Assembly (NCBI GenBank): GCA_903902515.1
Contig: CAIUVD010000091.1
Coordinates: forward strand, 8,199 to 72,198
From: an uncultured Planctomycetota bacterium
Lineage (GTDB): Bacteria > Planctomycetota > UBA11346
Direction: 5' to 3'
DNA: 64,000 nucleotides
The notes beneath the pieces were generated by a model, which saw only the letters and a program-made list of their open reading frames with translations, was not told the origin of the DNA and did not search any database. Below, in pieces: positions 15,432 through 26,104 of this stretch; within the stretch, counting starts at the first letter, position 1; each line of letters begins with the position of its first letter. Both the position numbers and the translations under genes were made by a program.

Positions 15432-17708
15432 CTATTGGGCGACCGTGCCCTTCAAAACCTGCAGATCCTGATCCCGACTGCTGGTGCCGACCAGTATTTC
15501 AATGGCACCCGGGGGCAGGCGCCACGCCCCGTCGGCGTCGCAGATGGCCAGGCGAGACCGGGGAATCGGGATGGTGATGCTTTGACGCTGGCCGGGCTCC
15601 ACCGTGACCCTGGCCCAGGCTGCCAGCCACCGGTTGGGGCGGCTGACCGGGCCGACGGGCAGACGGGCGTAGACCTGAACCACGGTGGAAGAGGTGCGAA
15701 TGCCGGGGTTTTCGACGGTCAGCGTCACGGCCTGATCCGTGTCGGCGGGCAGGTTCTGATGCTGCAGGGTGGGCTGTACCAGGCGCAGCCGTTCATACCC
15801 GAGGCCCTCACCGAAGGCGAAGAGTGGGCGATCGTACCCCAAGGTGGCGTCATCGACATAGACCTTGCCATGGGAGGCCGGGTGGAAGTCGTAGGCGACG
15901 GGTAATTGACCGACATGACGGGGGAAGCTGATGGGGAGACGGCCCAGGGGCTCGGCATCGCCACACAGGACGGCGGCCACCGCATCACCCGTGGCCTGGC
16001 CTGGACGGAAGGCGACCAGTAGGGCCTCAGCACCATCGGTGATTTCGGGAATCGCCAGGGGTTTGCTGCAGAGGAGGATGACCACCAGCGGCGTGCCGGT
16101 AGCCCGGACTGCCTCGTACAGGCGCTGCTGGTTTTCCGGCAGGCGCAGGTGGGCCGTGGAGCAGAATTCGCCATCCCAATCGGGCGGATCGCCAACCACC
16201 AACACCACCAGGTCGGCGGCTTCGGCCGCACGAACGGCGGCCGCAAGGCGCTCCGGGTGCGCCTCTCCGGCGGGGTCATCCGTGACCTGGGCCCGGCGTT
16301 CGGGGACGTGGTGATGGGCAGGGACCATGGGGACACCGCCACACCCACGGGCGTACGTGATCACCGCGCCTTCTGCCGCCAGCCGACGTTCCAAGCCATC
16401 CCGGATGGTGCTGCTATTGGCCCGGGGATGGGCCCGGTTGCGGTGCAGGTCTTGGTTGGCCTTGTAGCCGAGGTTCCAGTCGCCCGCCTGAACGACAGGA
16501 TCATCCGCATAGGGTCCGATGAGGGCGATGCGGCGCCGGGCCCGGGGCTCGAGGGGCAACAGCTGATCCCGATTGCGCAACAGAGTCAGGGCACCGAGGG
16601 CCGTGCGATGGGCGAGGTCACGATGGGCCGGCGCCTGGAGGACGTCCTCGGGCTTTCCCACCACCAAGGGCCGCTCGAACAGACCCAGACGGAATTTCAC
16701 CGCCAAAACCCGAGCAGCGGCCCGTTCAAGATCACCACGGGTCAAGGTCCCCGCCGCAAGTTGGCGCAGGATCGCCGCGGGAGCCTCGGGTTCGGCCATG
16801 AACAAATCGGTGCCGCCTTTCAGGCAACGCACCACCGCCCGATCCAGGTCCTCGGCCGACTTCACCTGCTGCACCATCCGCGTGGCACATTCCCAATCCG
16901 TGACCACCAACCCTTCGAAGCGCAGCTCGCCCTTGAGAATCTCGGTCAGCCAGCGGTGATTTTCGCTCATGGCCACGCCATCCACGGTCTGGTAGGCGCA
17001 CATGATGGTCTGGGCACCCGCATCGACCGCGACCTGAAACGGCCTTAGGTACCGAGCGCGAATGGTCCGCTCGGACAGTTCGCATTCACTGGCGTCCCGG
17101 CCTCCGACGGTGTCGCCATAGGCGATAAAATGCTTGGGGCAGGCCGCCACGCTGGTGGGCGCATCGAGACGATCCCCCTGATACCCGGCGATCATGGCCG
17201 CCCCCATCTCGGCAATCAGCAACTGGTCTTCGCCGAAGGTTTCGCCGGTGCGGCCCCACCGCAGGTCCCGGGGCCGGCACAAGGTGGGGCTGAAGGTCCA
17301 ATGCAGCCCGGTGCTGACCATTTCGATGGCGGTCGCCCGGCCGACGGCCTTCACCGCCTCCGTATCCCAACCCGCCGCCAAGCCGAGCTGAGTTGGGTAC
17401 ACCGTGGCGCCGGCCCACAGGGTGTGGCCGTGGATGGCGTCGATGCCGGCCAGCAGGGGAATGCCCAGGCGGGTCTTGGCGGCGGTCGCCTGCAGTGCCG
17501 CGAGCTCCTCACCGCCGACAAAGAGCACCGATCCAACACCCTTGGCCGCCCATTCCTGATGGACCGGCAATGCTGGTCGCCCCGCCGCAACCTGGACCAC
17601 CTGCCAAGCCAGCTCCTCCAGGGTCGCGCGGGGGAGCAAATCCGCGACCCGGTCTTCAATGGACAAGCTGGGATTGCGGAAGGGAGCGTCGTGGAACAGA
17701 TCGGTCAT
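15432..17708 (-). CDS. bglX: Glycoside hydrolase family 3 beta-glucosidase (BglX-like)
   Basis: 758 aa, GH3 N-terminal motifs (KHFIAYGD, GLVVTDW) and C-terminal domain; chromosomal GC. Confidence 0.85.
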   Translation of the reverse strand: MTDLFHDAPFRNPSLSIEDRVADLLPRATLEELAWQVVQVAAGRPALPVHQEWAAKGVGSVLFVGGEELAALQATAAKTRLGIPLLAGIDAIHGHTLWAGATVYPTQLGLAAGWDTEAVKAVGRATAIEMVSTGLHWTFSPTLCRPRDLRWGRTGETFGEDQLLIAEMGAAMIAGYQGDRLDAPTSVAACPKHFIAYGDTVGGRDASECELSERTIRARYLRPFQVAVDAGAQTIMCAYQTVDGVAMSENHRWLTEILKGELRFEGLVVTDWECATRMVQQVKSAEDLDRAVVRCLKGGTDLFMAEPEAPAAILRQLAAGTLTRGDLERAAARVLAVKFRLGLFERPLVVGKPEDVLQAPAHRDLAHRTALGALTLLRNRDQLLPLEPRARRRIALIGPYADDPVVQAGDWNLGYKANQDLHRNRAHPRANSSTIRDGLERRLAAEGAVITYARGCGGVPMVPAHHHVPERRAQVTDDPAGEAHPERLAAAVRAAEAADLVVLVVGDPPDWDGEFCSTAHLRLPENQQRLYEAVRATGTPLVVILLCSKPLAIPEITDGAEALLVAFRPGQATGDAVAAVLCGDAEPLGRLPISFPRHVGQLPVAYDFHPASHGKVYVDDATLGYDRPLFAFGEGLGYERLRLVQPTLQHQNLPADTDQAVTLTVENPGIRTSSTVVQVYARLPVGPVSRPNRWLAAWARVTVEPGQRQSITIPIPRSRLAICDADGAWRLPPGAIEILVGTSSRDQDLQVLKGTVAQ

Positions 17709-18153
17709 GATGATCTCGGGAAATTCTTGGTTTCACAGGGCGACGGAAGCAGGACGCGGCGATGGAAGAGTACCACACCGCAGGGGCTGATGGGCACGTA
17801 CATCAGCCGCGACGGAGAAAAATGGCCTCCGAGGGAAAGCCGTTGGTGTGCCTAGGCTCGCCCTCAAGGAACGACGGCGGGAATGTAAACCCAACGAAAC
17901 CCCTCGGCCATAGCATCGCTGGTGCCTGGCCTATCAGGAGTGGATCCCCGGGATCTGAGCTGGCACATCCGACGATGGGGCGCGCCATGTGCCCCGGCGC
18001 GCCCAGTTCAACGGAATGACTGCTGCTGGGGCCCTTCTCGACCTTGTGGCGAGGAAACACGGAGGGCTTCCATCGTCGATAAGCGCCTCGAAATCGTCCC
18101 CAACATCCCTCCACCGCGAAGGGGGATCCGGAAGAAAACCGTTCCTCGTGGAA

Positions 18154-18176
18154 TGGTATCAGATGTTCTGATACCA
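18154..18176. promoter_or_regulatory. Perfect 10-bp inverted repeat TGGTATCAGA tgt TCTGATACCA overlapping the start codon of the nucleotidyltransferase remnant (candidate operator)
   Basis: Exact reverse-complement arms with 3-nt spacer; ATG at 18176. Confidence 0.35.
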
Positions 18177-18450
18177 TGCCTCCCCGTGAAACCATCGAAG
18201 CCTTCGACCGTTTCCTGGTGAAAGAGGCGACCCGAAGCGATCTCATGGTCATCGGCGGTACGGCATTGGCGCTTCTGGGGATCATCCAGCGCTCCACGAG
18301 GGATTGGGATGTCCTGAACCCCCAGTTGATGCCATATTGAGCGCCTGCGCTCAGGAGTTTGCCCGTCAACGCTCAGCACAGGGCTCCCCGTTGGCAGGAG
18401 ATTGGCTGAATCACGGACCGGCATCCCTGGTCAAAGTCCTCCCCACGGGA
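18176..18450 (+). pseudogene. Frameshifted minimal nucleotidyltransferase (MNT / Pol-beta fold, antitoxin-like) remnant
   Basis: 54-aa ORF MPPRETIEAFDRFLVKEATRSDLMVIGGTALALLGIIQRSTRDWDVLNPQLMPY carries the hG[GS]-x(9-13)-DhDh nucleotidyltransferase signature (IGGTA...DWDVL). Reading frame shifts at about 18340 into ACAQEFARQRSAQGSPLAGDWLNHGPASLVKVLPTG; no HEPN partner detectable. Confidence 0.35.
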
Positions 18451-18700
18451 TGACGTCAGCGGGTGGTTCCGCTGTTTCAGGGCCAAGCCCTCACTTTGGG
18501 GACCTTGGGAAGAAGCGATTTGTTGGCGGGAGCCCGGCAACGCTCAGCTCATGCAGAGCGTCGGCGACCCGTTGGGGAGAAACCCGTGGGCACTTGTTGG
18601 GCGGGCGGGGGACTTTATTGGGGTCACTGGGTCGTTTTGACCCAGTAGCTCCTGGGCAAAAGTTGCCCGATTGTTGGCTCGCGCCGACAATCGAAAACGA

Positions 18701-18737
18701 AAAACCCACGGTTTTCACCGTGGGTTCGTCGTTTTTC
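18701..18737 (-). terminator. Rho-independent terminator of tRNA-Gly (minus strand): CCCACGG tgaaaa CCGTGGG + TTTTT
   Basis: Read on the minus strand directly 3' of the tRNA. Confidence 0.55.
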
Positions 18738-18738
18738 T

Positions 18739-18815
18739 TGGAGCGGGCGAAGAGACTCGAACTCTCGACCTACTGCATGGCAAGCAGTCGCTCTAGCCAA
18801 CTGAGCTACGCCCGC
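18739..18815 (-). tRNA. tRNA-Gly (anticodon GCC)
   Basis: Minus-strand read GCGGGCG-TA-GCTC-AGTTGGCTA-GAGC-G-ACTGC-TTGCCAT-GCAGT-AGGTC-GAGAG-TTCGAGT-CTCTT-CGCCCGC-T-CCA folds into a canonical cloverleaf; anticodon loop TTGCCAT. Confidence 0.9.
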
Positions 18816-18870
18816 GCTCTCTGATGGGGGAGGAGTATGAGAATGACATCGAGTTGTCCAGGGGGGACTT

Positions 18871-19635
18871 TCAGGCCGTATGGTTCACGGGGCCGCAGCC
18901 GGCGGGGTCGCCGAGGGGCGGGGCCGTGAGGATCGCGTGGGCGATATAGGCCTTGGCGTGGCGGGCGGCTTCGGGCAGGGGATGGCCCAGGGCCAGGTGG
19001 GCGGTGACGGCGGCGGCATAGGTGCAGCCGGTGCCGTGGAGGTTCCGGGTGCGGTGGCGGATGCCGGGGAGCAGGATCTCCTCGGTGGCCGTCACCAGGA
19101 GATCATCCGCGCCGTCGCCAATGCCCTTGAGGAGGACCGCCCGGGCACCGAGGTCGAGGAGGGCCCGGGCGGCGTCGGCGCCCTCCACCGGGCGACCGGC
19201 GAGGGCGGCGGCCTCGTGACGGTTGGGGGTGATGACCGTGGCCCGGGGCAGCAGGTGCTTCACCAGGGCGTGGGCGGCTTCGGGGGCGGCCAGGGGATGG
19301 CCGTGCTTGCTAATCAGCACCGGGTCGAGGACCAGGGGAATGTCCGGGGTGCGGTGCAGGCGGGCGGCCACGGCTTCGATCAGGGTCACGGAGCCGAGGG
19401 CGCCGGTTTTGATGGCGTGGGCGCCGATGTCGTCCAGGCAGGCGTCGAGTTGGGCCAGGACCAGTTCCCGGGGCAGGAGTTCGACGGCGGTCACACCCCG
19501 GGTGTTCTGGGCGGTGATCAGGGTGACGACGCTCTGGCCATAGACGCCGAAACGCTGGAACGTTTTGAGGTCGGCCTGGATACCGGCGCCCCCCGAAGGG
19601 TCGGAGCCGGCAATGGTCAGGGCGGTTCGGGTCAT
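18871..19635 (-). CDS. thiD: Hydroxymethylpyrimidine/phosphomethylpyrimidine kinase
   Basis: [26 protein letters not shown] and [17 protein letters not shown] are the conserved ThiD/PdxK-family motifs. Confidence 0.8.
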   Translation of the reverse strand: MTRTALTIAGSDPSGGAGIQADLKTFQRFGVYGQSVVTLITAQNTRGVTAVELLPRELVLAQLDACLDDIGAHAIKTGALGSVTLIEAVAARLHRTPDIPLVLDPVLISKHGHPLAAPEAAHALVKHLLPRATVITPNRHEAAALAGRPVEGADAARALLDLGARAVLLKGIGDGADDLLVTATEEILLPGIRHRTRNLHGTGCTYAAAVTAHLALGHPLPEAARHAKAYIAHAILTAPPLGDPAGCGPVNHTA

Positions 19636-21401
19636 GCTTTCAATTCCTCCCCGGGATTGATGTGGCGGTCGGCCTCCACGGCATGCTGACGATCATGAAG
19701 ACGGCGGTAGAGACCACCGGTGGCCATCAGGGTGTGATGGGGGCCGCGCTCGACGATCCGGCCCTGGTCGAGGACCAGGATTTCGTCGGCGTGACGGATG
19801 GTGGAGAGGCGGTGGGCGATGACGAAGGTCGTGCGGCCGGCGCGCAGGCGGGCCAGGGCACCCTGGATCTCGGCCTCGCTTTCGCTGTCGAGGGCGCTGG
19901 TGGCCTCGTCGAGGACCAGGATGCGCGGGTCCGCCAGGAGAGCCCGGGCGATGGCGAGGCGCTGGCGCTGGCCGCCGGACAGCTTCACGCCCCGTTCGCC
20001 GACCAACGTGTCGAGGCCCTGGGGCAGGGCGGCCACGAAGCCGTCGGCGCTGGCGGCCTTGAGGGCCTCCAAAACCTGGGCATCCGTGGCTGAGGGGCGG
20101 CTGAAACGGAGATTGTCGGCGACGCTGGCATCGAGCAGCCAGTTGTCCTGGAGGACCACCCCCAACTGACGACGGTAGGAGGTGAGGTCGAGGGTCGCCA
20201 GATCCTGGCCATCGACGCGAATCACGCCGCCGGTCGGCTGGGCCAGGGCCAAAACCAGGGATACCAGGGTGGTCTTGCCGGAGCCGCTGGGACCGACCAG
20301 GGCGATGGTGCGTCCGGGCTCGACCTCCAGGGAAATGTCGTGGAGGACCGGGCGTCCGGTTTCGTAGGCGAAGCCGACGTTCGTGAAGGCCACCCGGCCC
20401 TCAAGGGGCGGACAGGGCGTGCCGTCGGGACGCTCCACCGGACTGGCAAGCAGTTCACGGATCCGGTCGAGGCCGGCGAAGGCTTCGGTAATCTGGGTGC
20501 CGATGGCCGCCAACTGGCCGATGGGGGCCGCCAGCAACATGGTGAAGGCGATGTATTGGACCAATTCCCGGGTGCTCATCCGTCCGGCCACCAGGTCGTG
20601 CCCGCCCTGGACGACCACCAGGGCCGCCACCAGGGCCAGAATCACCAGGGTCACGGCCCCGGACCAACTGAAGCCGGTCAGGGTCCGCTTCACGAGGTCA
20701 AACAGACGATCCGTGTCCTTGGCGAAGGAGACCTTCAAACGCTCCTCAGCGGTGAAAATCTTGACCGTTCGCATGCCCGCCAGGACCTGGCCCAGGCTGC
20801 CGCTGATCTCGCCCTGGAGTTTGGAGCGCTGGCGAAACAGGGGCCGCATGGAACTGAAGGTCTTGGCCAGGATGGCCCCGAAAATCACCAGGATGACGAT
20901 AATGCCGAGGGTCAGGCGCCAGTTGAGCCAACTCAGGATGCCCAAGACCACGACGGAGGTGATGATGCCGCCGACCAGATGGACGATGCCCGTGCCCACC
21001 AGATTGCGGATGCCTTCGGCATCGGTCATGACCCGCGACACCAGGGTGCCGCTCTGGCTGCTGTCGAAACGGGTGATGGGCAGACGCAGCACATGGTCGT
21101 GGACCCGCTGGCGCAGGCCGGTGATGGCCCGCTGACCCGCGACCCCCAGGAGTTGCGACAGGCCGTAGCCAGACACCGCCTGGACCAACCCGGCGGCGAG
21201 GATGCCCAGGGCCAGGGGCCAGATGAGGTCCGTGCGGTGCTTGCCGGCGATGTCGTCCACCAGCACGCCGAGGGCGGCCGGGAGGGCCAGGCTGCTGGCC
21301 CGGTTGACGACCAGGATGGCTAAGCCGGTGGATAGACGGGCGCGGTGTTCGCGAATCAGGGCGGCGGCTTCGCGCCAGGCCCGGCGGGTATCGATGGCCA
21401 T
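19632..21401 (-). CDS. ABC transporter, fused permease/ATPase (MsbA-like exporter)
   Basis: Six-TM N-terminal half then Walker [10 protein letters not shown], signature [14 protein letters not shown], Walker [13 protein letters not shown]; start taken at MAIDTRRAW. Confidence 0.8.
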   Translation of the reverse strand: MAIDTRRAWREAAALIREHRARLSTGLAILVVNRASSLALPAALGVLVDDIAGKHRTDLIWPLALGILAAGLVQAVSGYGLSQLLGVAGQRAITGLRQRVHDHVLRLPITRFDSSQSGTLVSRVMTDAEGIRNLVGTGIVHLVGGIITSVVVLGILSWLNWRLTLGIIVILVIFGAILAKTFSSMRPLFRQRSKLQGEISGSLGQVLAGMRTVKIFTAEERLKVSFAKDTDRLFDLVKRTLTGFSWSGAVTLVILALVAALVVVQGGHDLVAGRMSTRELVQYIAFTMLLAAPIGQLAAIGTQITEAFAGLDRIRELLASPVERPDGTPCPPLEGRVAFTNVGFAYETGRPVLHDISLEVEPGRTIALVGPSGSGKTTLVSLVLALAQPTGGVIRVDGQDLATLDLTSYRRQLGVVLQDNWLLDASVADNLRFSRPSATDAQVLEALKAASADGFVAALPQGLDTLVGERGVKLSGGQRQRLAIARALLADPRILVLDEATSALDSESEAEIQGALARLRAGRTTFVIAHRLSTIRHADEILVLDQGRIVERGPHHTLMATGGLYRRLHDRQHAVEADRHINPGEELKA

Positions 21402-21405
21402 GACG

Positions 21406-21816
21406 TCACACCCGGAGGGTGTCCTCCTGCCAGTCGGTGATGGCCTGCTTGAGGGCGTTGACGCTGGTGAAGCCGCCACTGCGGGCCTTGGCCGCCAGGG
21501 CCGGCAGTTCGCCATCTCCGGCAAAGCGCAGGGCGATGATCATCGGCAGGGGCAGGCCGGTGAGGTCAACGCCCAGGCGTTCGCAGCGCAGGCGCATCTC
21601 CAGGCGGATCACCCGGTCCTGGACGATCTGGGCGTGGCGACGGGCGGCAAAATGGGTCAGGACCAGGGCCAAGCCAAGACCGAAGGCCACGGCTGCGGGG
21701 AAGGTCGGACCGTTAACGACCGTATAGCCCGCCCACCCCAGGTTGAGGACGATCAGCAGAAAACTGATGATGTAGGCGGGGCTCGGCTTGGCGCGATGGG
21801 AGGCATAGGTCTGCAT
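21406..21816 (-). CDS. Hypothetical small membrane protein (2 TM + cytoplasmic tail)
   Basis: Start at MQTYASHRAK; hydrophobic IISFLLIVLNLGWAGYTVV and AAVAFGLGLALVLTHF. Confidence 0.4.
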   Translation of the reverse strand: MQTYASHRAKPSPAYIISFLLIVLNLGWAGYTVVNGPTFPAAVAFGLGLALVLTHFAARRHAQIVQDRVIRLEMRLRCERLGVDLTGLPLPMIIALRFAGDGELPALAAKARSGGFTSVNALKQAITDWQEDTLRV

Positions 21817-21866
21817 GGCGCAACACCGTGGACACGGGGACCCCAGGCCAAGGGGAGGGATCGCCC

Positions 21867-22478
21867 TCAGCCGCCGACCAAACGGAGAAAGCGGGCGAAC
21901 TTGGTCAGGGACTGGGGATGCCAGGCGATCTTCCAATCGGCCAGTTGGGCCCGCCAGAAGGCTGCTGTGCCCGGGGCATCCGTGGTTTCGATCTCCAGCT
22001 CATGGTCGAAGCGGGCGCCGAAGGTCGTGCAGTCGAGGCACAGCAACTCCGCAATCCCGGCCCGCTGATGATGGTACTCCAGACGGTGGTTGCTGAATCC
22101 GCCCAGGGCCTCCACCGGCTGATCACCCAGGACGGTCAGGATCGGCTCCGGCAGGGGCAGGGCGCGCAGCCAGGCCGCATCCGGAGTCGCATCCCACAGG
22201 GCACCATCAACCCAGTCCTCCCACTCGTGGTGATGGGATAGGCCGGCGGCGGTCTCTTGGGCCCTGCGCTTGCAGGTCATGAGCACGCGGCCGTTCTCAT
22301 GCCGCAGCCGCAGGTTCATACGGGCCTGGCGCAGGCGGCGGTCCGGGGTGTCGAAAAAGCAGTTGGCCTGGTCCAGGTGCTTGGGCGCCCCGAGAAGATT
22401 CCCCAGGTGTTTGGCCAGGGCGGCGTGGCCCGCGGCATCCACCGCCCACTTCAATTCGATCTCGTCGTGGACGTGCAT
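21867..22478 (-). CDS. CYTH-domain protein (triphosphate tunnel metalloenzyme / class IV adenylate cyclase-like)
   Basis: Starts MHVHDEIELKW (ExExK motif); about 200 aa. Confidence 0.6.
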   Translation of the reverse strand: MHVHDEIELKWAVDAAGHAALAKHLGNLLGAPKHLDQANCFFDTPDRRLRQARMNLRLRHENGRVLMTCKRRAQETAAGLSHHHEWEDWVDGALWDATPDAAWLRALPLPEPILTVLGDQPVEALGGFSNHRLEYHHQRAGIAELLCLDCTTFGARFDHELEIETTDAPGTAAFWRAQLADWKIAWHPQSLTKFARFLRLVGG

Positions 22479-22521
22479 GGGGCGGACATAGTCTTCCACG
22501 CCTCCACAAGGAAAGCCCCCG

Positions 22522-23481
22522 ATGAGCGCACCGTTCGACTTCCTCGACCCCCTGGTGAAACTGGAGGACAAGATTGCCGAACTGGAACAGCTCAGCCAGG
22601 CCACGGGCGTCACGGTGCTCAGCGAGGCTGAGAGCCTGCGCGAGAAGCTGGCCGTCGAGAGCCGCAAACTGTTTAGCACCCTGACCCCCTGGCAGCGGGT
22701 GCAGCTGTCTCGCCACCCCCTGCGCCCCCAGTCGTCGGACTACATCGACCACATGCTGGAGGACTACGTGCCCCTGGCCGGCGACCGCCGTTTTGCCGAT
22801 GACGAGGCCATTCTGACCGGTATCGGCCGCCTGGGCGACCAGCCGGTGATGCTGGTGGGCCAGCAGAAGGGCAAGGACGTCCATGAACGTCGTCGCTGTA
22901 ATTTCGGCATGCCCCACCCCGAGGGCTACCGCAAGGCCATGGCCAAGATGCGCTTGGCCGAAAAATTCAAAATTCCGGTGATCTGCCTGATCAACACCCC
23001 CGGCGCCGTCCCCGGCGTTGAGGCCGAGGAACGGGGCCAGTCCATCGCCATCGCTGAAAATATCCGCGACATGGCCCTGCTGCGCACGCCGGTCATCTGC
23101 GTGGTGATCGGCGAGGGTGGTTCGGGTGGCGCCCTCGGTATCGGCGTCGGTGACCGCATCCTGATGTTTGAAAACTCCTACTTCTCGGTCATCAGCCCCG
23201 AGGGCTGCGCCGCGATTTTGTGGAAGGACGGGGCCAAAAAGGACCTGGCCGCCGAGCGCCTCAAGCTCACGGGCCCCGAACTCAAGAAGTTCGGCATCGT
23301 TGATGAGATCATCGAGGAGCCCGCCGGTGGCGCCCACCGCCAGCCGGTAGCCACGGCCCACGGGCTGAAGGAGGTCCTCCTCCGGCACCTCCGCGAACTG
23401 CAATCCCTGACCGTCGATGAACTGCTGGAGCGCCGCTACCAGAAGTACCGCGTCATCGGCGAAGTCCGCGAATCCGCCTGA
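22522..23481 (+). CDS. accA: Acetyl-CoA carboxylase carboxyltransferase subunit alpha
   Basis: Full-length AccA; motifs [26 protein letters not shown] and [13 protein letters not shown]. Confidence 0.9.
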   Translation: MSAPFDFLDPLVKLEDKIAELEQLSQATGVTVLSEAESLREKLAVESRKLFSTLTPWQRVQLSRHPLRPQSSDYIDHMLEDYVPLAGDRRFADDEAILTGIGRLGDQPVMLVGQQKGKDVHERRRCNFGMPHPEGYRKAMAKMRLAEKFKIPVICLINTPGAVPGVEAEERGQSIAIAENIRDMALLRTPVICVVIGEGGSGGALGIGVGDRILMFENSYFSVISPEGCAAILWKDGAKKDLAAERLKLTGPELKKFGIVDEIIEEPAGGAHRQPVATAHGLKEVLLRHLRELQSLTVDELLERRYQKYRVIGEVRESA

Positions 23482-23488
23482 GTCCCCC

Positions 23489-23767
23489 ATGGCCGCCGAA
23501 GCCTCCTGGACCTTCCTGACCAACCACGCCCACGTGCTGATCTGCCTGTCGCGGGATCCCGCCCAGCGAATGCGGGACGTGGCGCAGCAGGTCGGGATCA
23601 CCGAGCGGGCGGTACAGCGGATCGTCGCCGACCTGGAGGAAGGCGGCTACCTGACGGTGGTCAAAGAGGGCCGCTGCAATCGCTATGAAGTGCAGGATGC
23701 CCATTACCTGCGGCATCCCGTGGAATCCCATCGCACGGTGCGGGATCTGCTGTTGTTGGCCCGCTGA
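23489..23767 (+). CDS. Small winged-helix (MarR/ArsR-like) transcriptional regulator
   Basis: About 92 aa; HTH-like [26 protein letters not shown]. Confidence 0.45.
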   Translation: MAAEASWTFLTNHAHVLICLSRDPAQRMRDVAQQVGITERAVQRIVADLEEGGYLTVVKEGRCNRYEVQDAHYLRHPVESHRTVRDLLLLAR

Positions 23768-23825
23768 TCAATACACGATTTTTGTGTCGTGAATAAACAT
23801 TGACGATTTTCCATGCGTCACTAGC

Positions 23826-24746
23826 GTGCCGCCCATGGATCACCTTGACGCCCTCGAACAGCAGTCCGTCTACCTCCTGCGGGAGGCCTACCGTCACTTC
23901 GACCGCATGTGCATGCTGTGGTCCATCGGTAAGGACTCGACCGTCATGCTGTGGCTGGCCCGCAAGGCGTTCTTTGGCCACGTTCCCTTTCCCCTGGTTC
24001 ATATCGACACTGGCTTTGAAATTCCCGAGGTCATCGAGTACCGGGATCGTCTCGCCTGCGAGATGAAATTGACGATGATTTACGGGATGAACGAGGCGGC
24101 CTTCCAGGCCCGCAACACCTTCCCCCATGCCCGGGACGACCACCCGGAAGGGGATCCGCGCCGCTTAACGCGCAAACAGTGCTGCGCCCTCCTGCGGACC
24201 GGGGGCCTCAAGCAAACCCTCGATGGGTCCGGCCCCCGCTACAAGCTCGACACGGCCACCGGCCGCTGGCACCCTTGGACCGACAAGGATCCCTGGACCG
24301 GGGTGATCGTCGGTGCCCGGGCCGATGAGGAAGGCAGCCGCTCGAAGGAGCGCTACTTCAGCCCCCGGGACAAGCACAACAACTGGGATGTGGGCGACCA
24401 GCCCCCGGAATTTTGGAACCAGTTCAAGACCGACTACGCCCCCGGCACCCACGTCCGCATCCACCCCCTCCTGGATTGGACGGAACTAAACATCTGGGAG
24501 TATATCGAGCGGGAGTCGATCCCCGTGGTGCCCCTCTATTTCGATCGGGGCACGGGCCAGCGGTATCGCAGCCTGGGCTGCGTGCCCTGCCAGGATTCCA
24601 TCGCCAGCACGGCCCGCAACGTGCCCGAAATCATCGCTGAACTGACTGGTGGGAAACTGCGCAACATTGCCGAACGTTCTGGGCGACTGCAGGATCATGA
24701 AGGTCGCGGGGGTCTCGAGGAGCTGCGACGCGACGGGTACATGTAA
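23826..24746 (+). CDS. cysD: Sulfate adenylyltransferase subunit 2 (PAPS reductase family)
   Basis: 306 aa; [19 protein letters not shown]-loop motif; typical CysD length. Confidence 0.85.
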   Translation: MPPMDHLDALEQQSVYLLREAYRHFDRMCMLWSIGKDSTVMLWLARKAFFGHVPFPLVHIDTGFEIPEVIEYRDRLACEMKLTMIYGMNEAAFQARNTFPHARDDHPEGDPRRLTRKQCCALLRTGGLKQTLDGSGPRYKLDTATGRWHPWTDKDPWTGVIVGARADEEGSRSKERYFSPRDKHNNWDVGDQPPEFWNQFKTDYAPGTHVRIHPLLDWTELNIWEYIERESIPVVPLYFDRGTGQRYRSLGCVPCQDSIASTARNVPEIIAELTGGKLRNIAERSGRLQDHEGRGGLEELRRDGYM

Positions 24747-24783
24747 AGCCCGCCGATCGCTGCCCTTCCACCCCGGATAATTC

Positions 24784-25743
24784 ATGGATCTCCTGCTGCA
24801 AAATCTCACCAGTCCCATGATCCTGGCCTTTGGCCTGGGGGTCCTGGCCCGGCTGGTCAAAAGCGACCTCTCGTTCCCCGATGGCATCAGTTCGATGCTC
24901 TCGATCTTCCTCCTGTTCTCGATTGGCCTGAAGGGTGGCGCGGCGCTCCAGGGCGCGTCCTTTGGCGATATCATCCTCCCGGCTCTGGCGACGGTGGCCC
25001 TGGGGGCCGCGATCCCCCTGTGGTGCTACCCGGCCCTGCGGCGTTGGGCGGGATTCAACTCGGTGGATGCGGCCGCCATCGCCGCCCACTACGGCAGCAC
25101 CTCCGCCGTCACCTTTCTCGCCGGCCTGACCTTCCTAGAAGCGGCCAAGACCCCCGCCGAGGGCTTCATGCCAGGCCTGGTGGCCCTGATGGAAGTCCCC
25201 GGAATCGTCGTTGCCCTGCTGCTGGCCAAGCCGGTCGGTGGGACGCGGCCAGCCCTGGGCCCGGCGGTGGCGCACCTGCTCGCCTCCAAGTCGATGTTGC
25301 TCCTGCTGGGCGGCATGGCCATCGGTGCTCTGGCGGATCCCCAGGGCATGAAAAGCATCTCCGCCTTCTTCGTTGATCCCTTCCGGGGCGTTCTGTGCCT
25401 GTTCCTGCTGGAACTCGGGATGGTCGCTGCATCCCGGGTTGGGGAACTCAAGGGTCGGCTCATGGCCCTGGTCATCTTCGGCATCGTCGCGCCGCTGGTG
25501 CATGGGGTGTTGGGCGTGCTCCTCGGTCATGCCGTGGGGCTGTCAATTGGCGGTGCGACCATCCTCGGCGTGCTGGCGGCCAGCGCGTCCTACATCGCCG
25601 CCCCGGCCACGGTGCGGATCAGCCTGCCCCAGGCCAATCCGACCCCGGCCATCGCCGCCGCCCTGGGCATTACCTTCCCCCTCAACCTGACCCTGGGCCT
25701 GCCGTTTTACCACGCGGTGGCGACCCGGCTGGCCGGCGGCTGA
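24784..25743 (+). CDS. SbtA-like / DUF897 family permease (putative Na+-dependent bicarbonate transporter family)
   Basis: 319 aa, about 10 TM, internal two-fold repeat typical of the family. Confidence 0.5.
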   Translation: MDLLLQNLTSPMILAFGLGVLARLVKSDLSFPDGISSMLSIFLLFSIGLKGGAALQGASFGDIILPALATVALGAAIPLWCYPALRRWAGFNSVDAAAIAAHYGSTSAVTFLAGLTFLEAAKTPAEGFMPGLVALMEVPGIVVALLLAKPVGGTRPALGPAVAHLLASKSMLLLLGGMAIGALADPQGMKSISAFFVDPFRGVLCLFLLELGMVAASRVGELKGRLMALVIFGIVAPLVHGVLGVLLGHAVGLSIGGATILGVLAASASYIAAPATVRISLPQANPTPAIAAALGITFPLNLTLGLPFYHAVATRLAGG

Positions 25744-26025
25744 TCAGTTGCGGACGCGGCTCCAGCCCAATTCCTGGGCTTCGGCGATCGCCCGGTCCAG
25801 ATCGCCTTCCTTGGCGTAGATCTGGAGGGTCGCGGTACCGTCGAGGGCGTGGCGAATGATTACCTGATCGACGCCGCCGACGGCCTCAAGCATCTTCTTG
25901 TCGTTGAGGATCTGGGTTTCGGCGATGGGCCCGTGACTGAAGGTCGCGGTGGCGCGGGTGGCGCAGCCGGCGATGAGGGGGAGGAGAGCCAGAAGGAGAA
26001 GCGGGAGACGGCGCATGCCCAGCAT
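25744..26025 (-). CDS. Small lipoprotein (signal peptide with lipobox LIAGC)
   Basis: 93 aa, [21 protein letters not shown]. Confidence 0.4.
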   Translation of the reverse strand: MLGMRRLPLLLLALLPLIAGCATRATATFSHGPIAETQILNDKKMLEAVGGVDQVIIRHALDGTATLQIYAKEGDLDRAIAEAQELGWSRVRN

Positions 26026-26104
26026 GCTAAGGAAGTCCGAGGTGAGTCCATGTGGCGGATCCGCCCCCTTGAGCGGGATTCTCCTTCACGACACTCCCCG
26101 CCCC

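Noticed and set aside
17803-18369. 188-aa minus-strand ORF and other ORFs in the bglX to tRNA-Gly gap
   Set aside because: No protein-like composition or motifs. The region is better explained as a decayed nucleotidyltransferase locus plus terminator.
22297-23601. 434-aa minus-strand ORF opposite accA; 26027-27514 opposite glyA; 18880-19689 opposite thiD; 12008-12661 opposite hsdM
   Set aside because: All antisense to genes with clear homology-style motifs; no motifs of their own.
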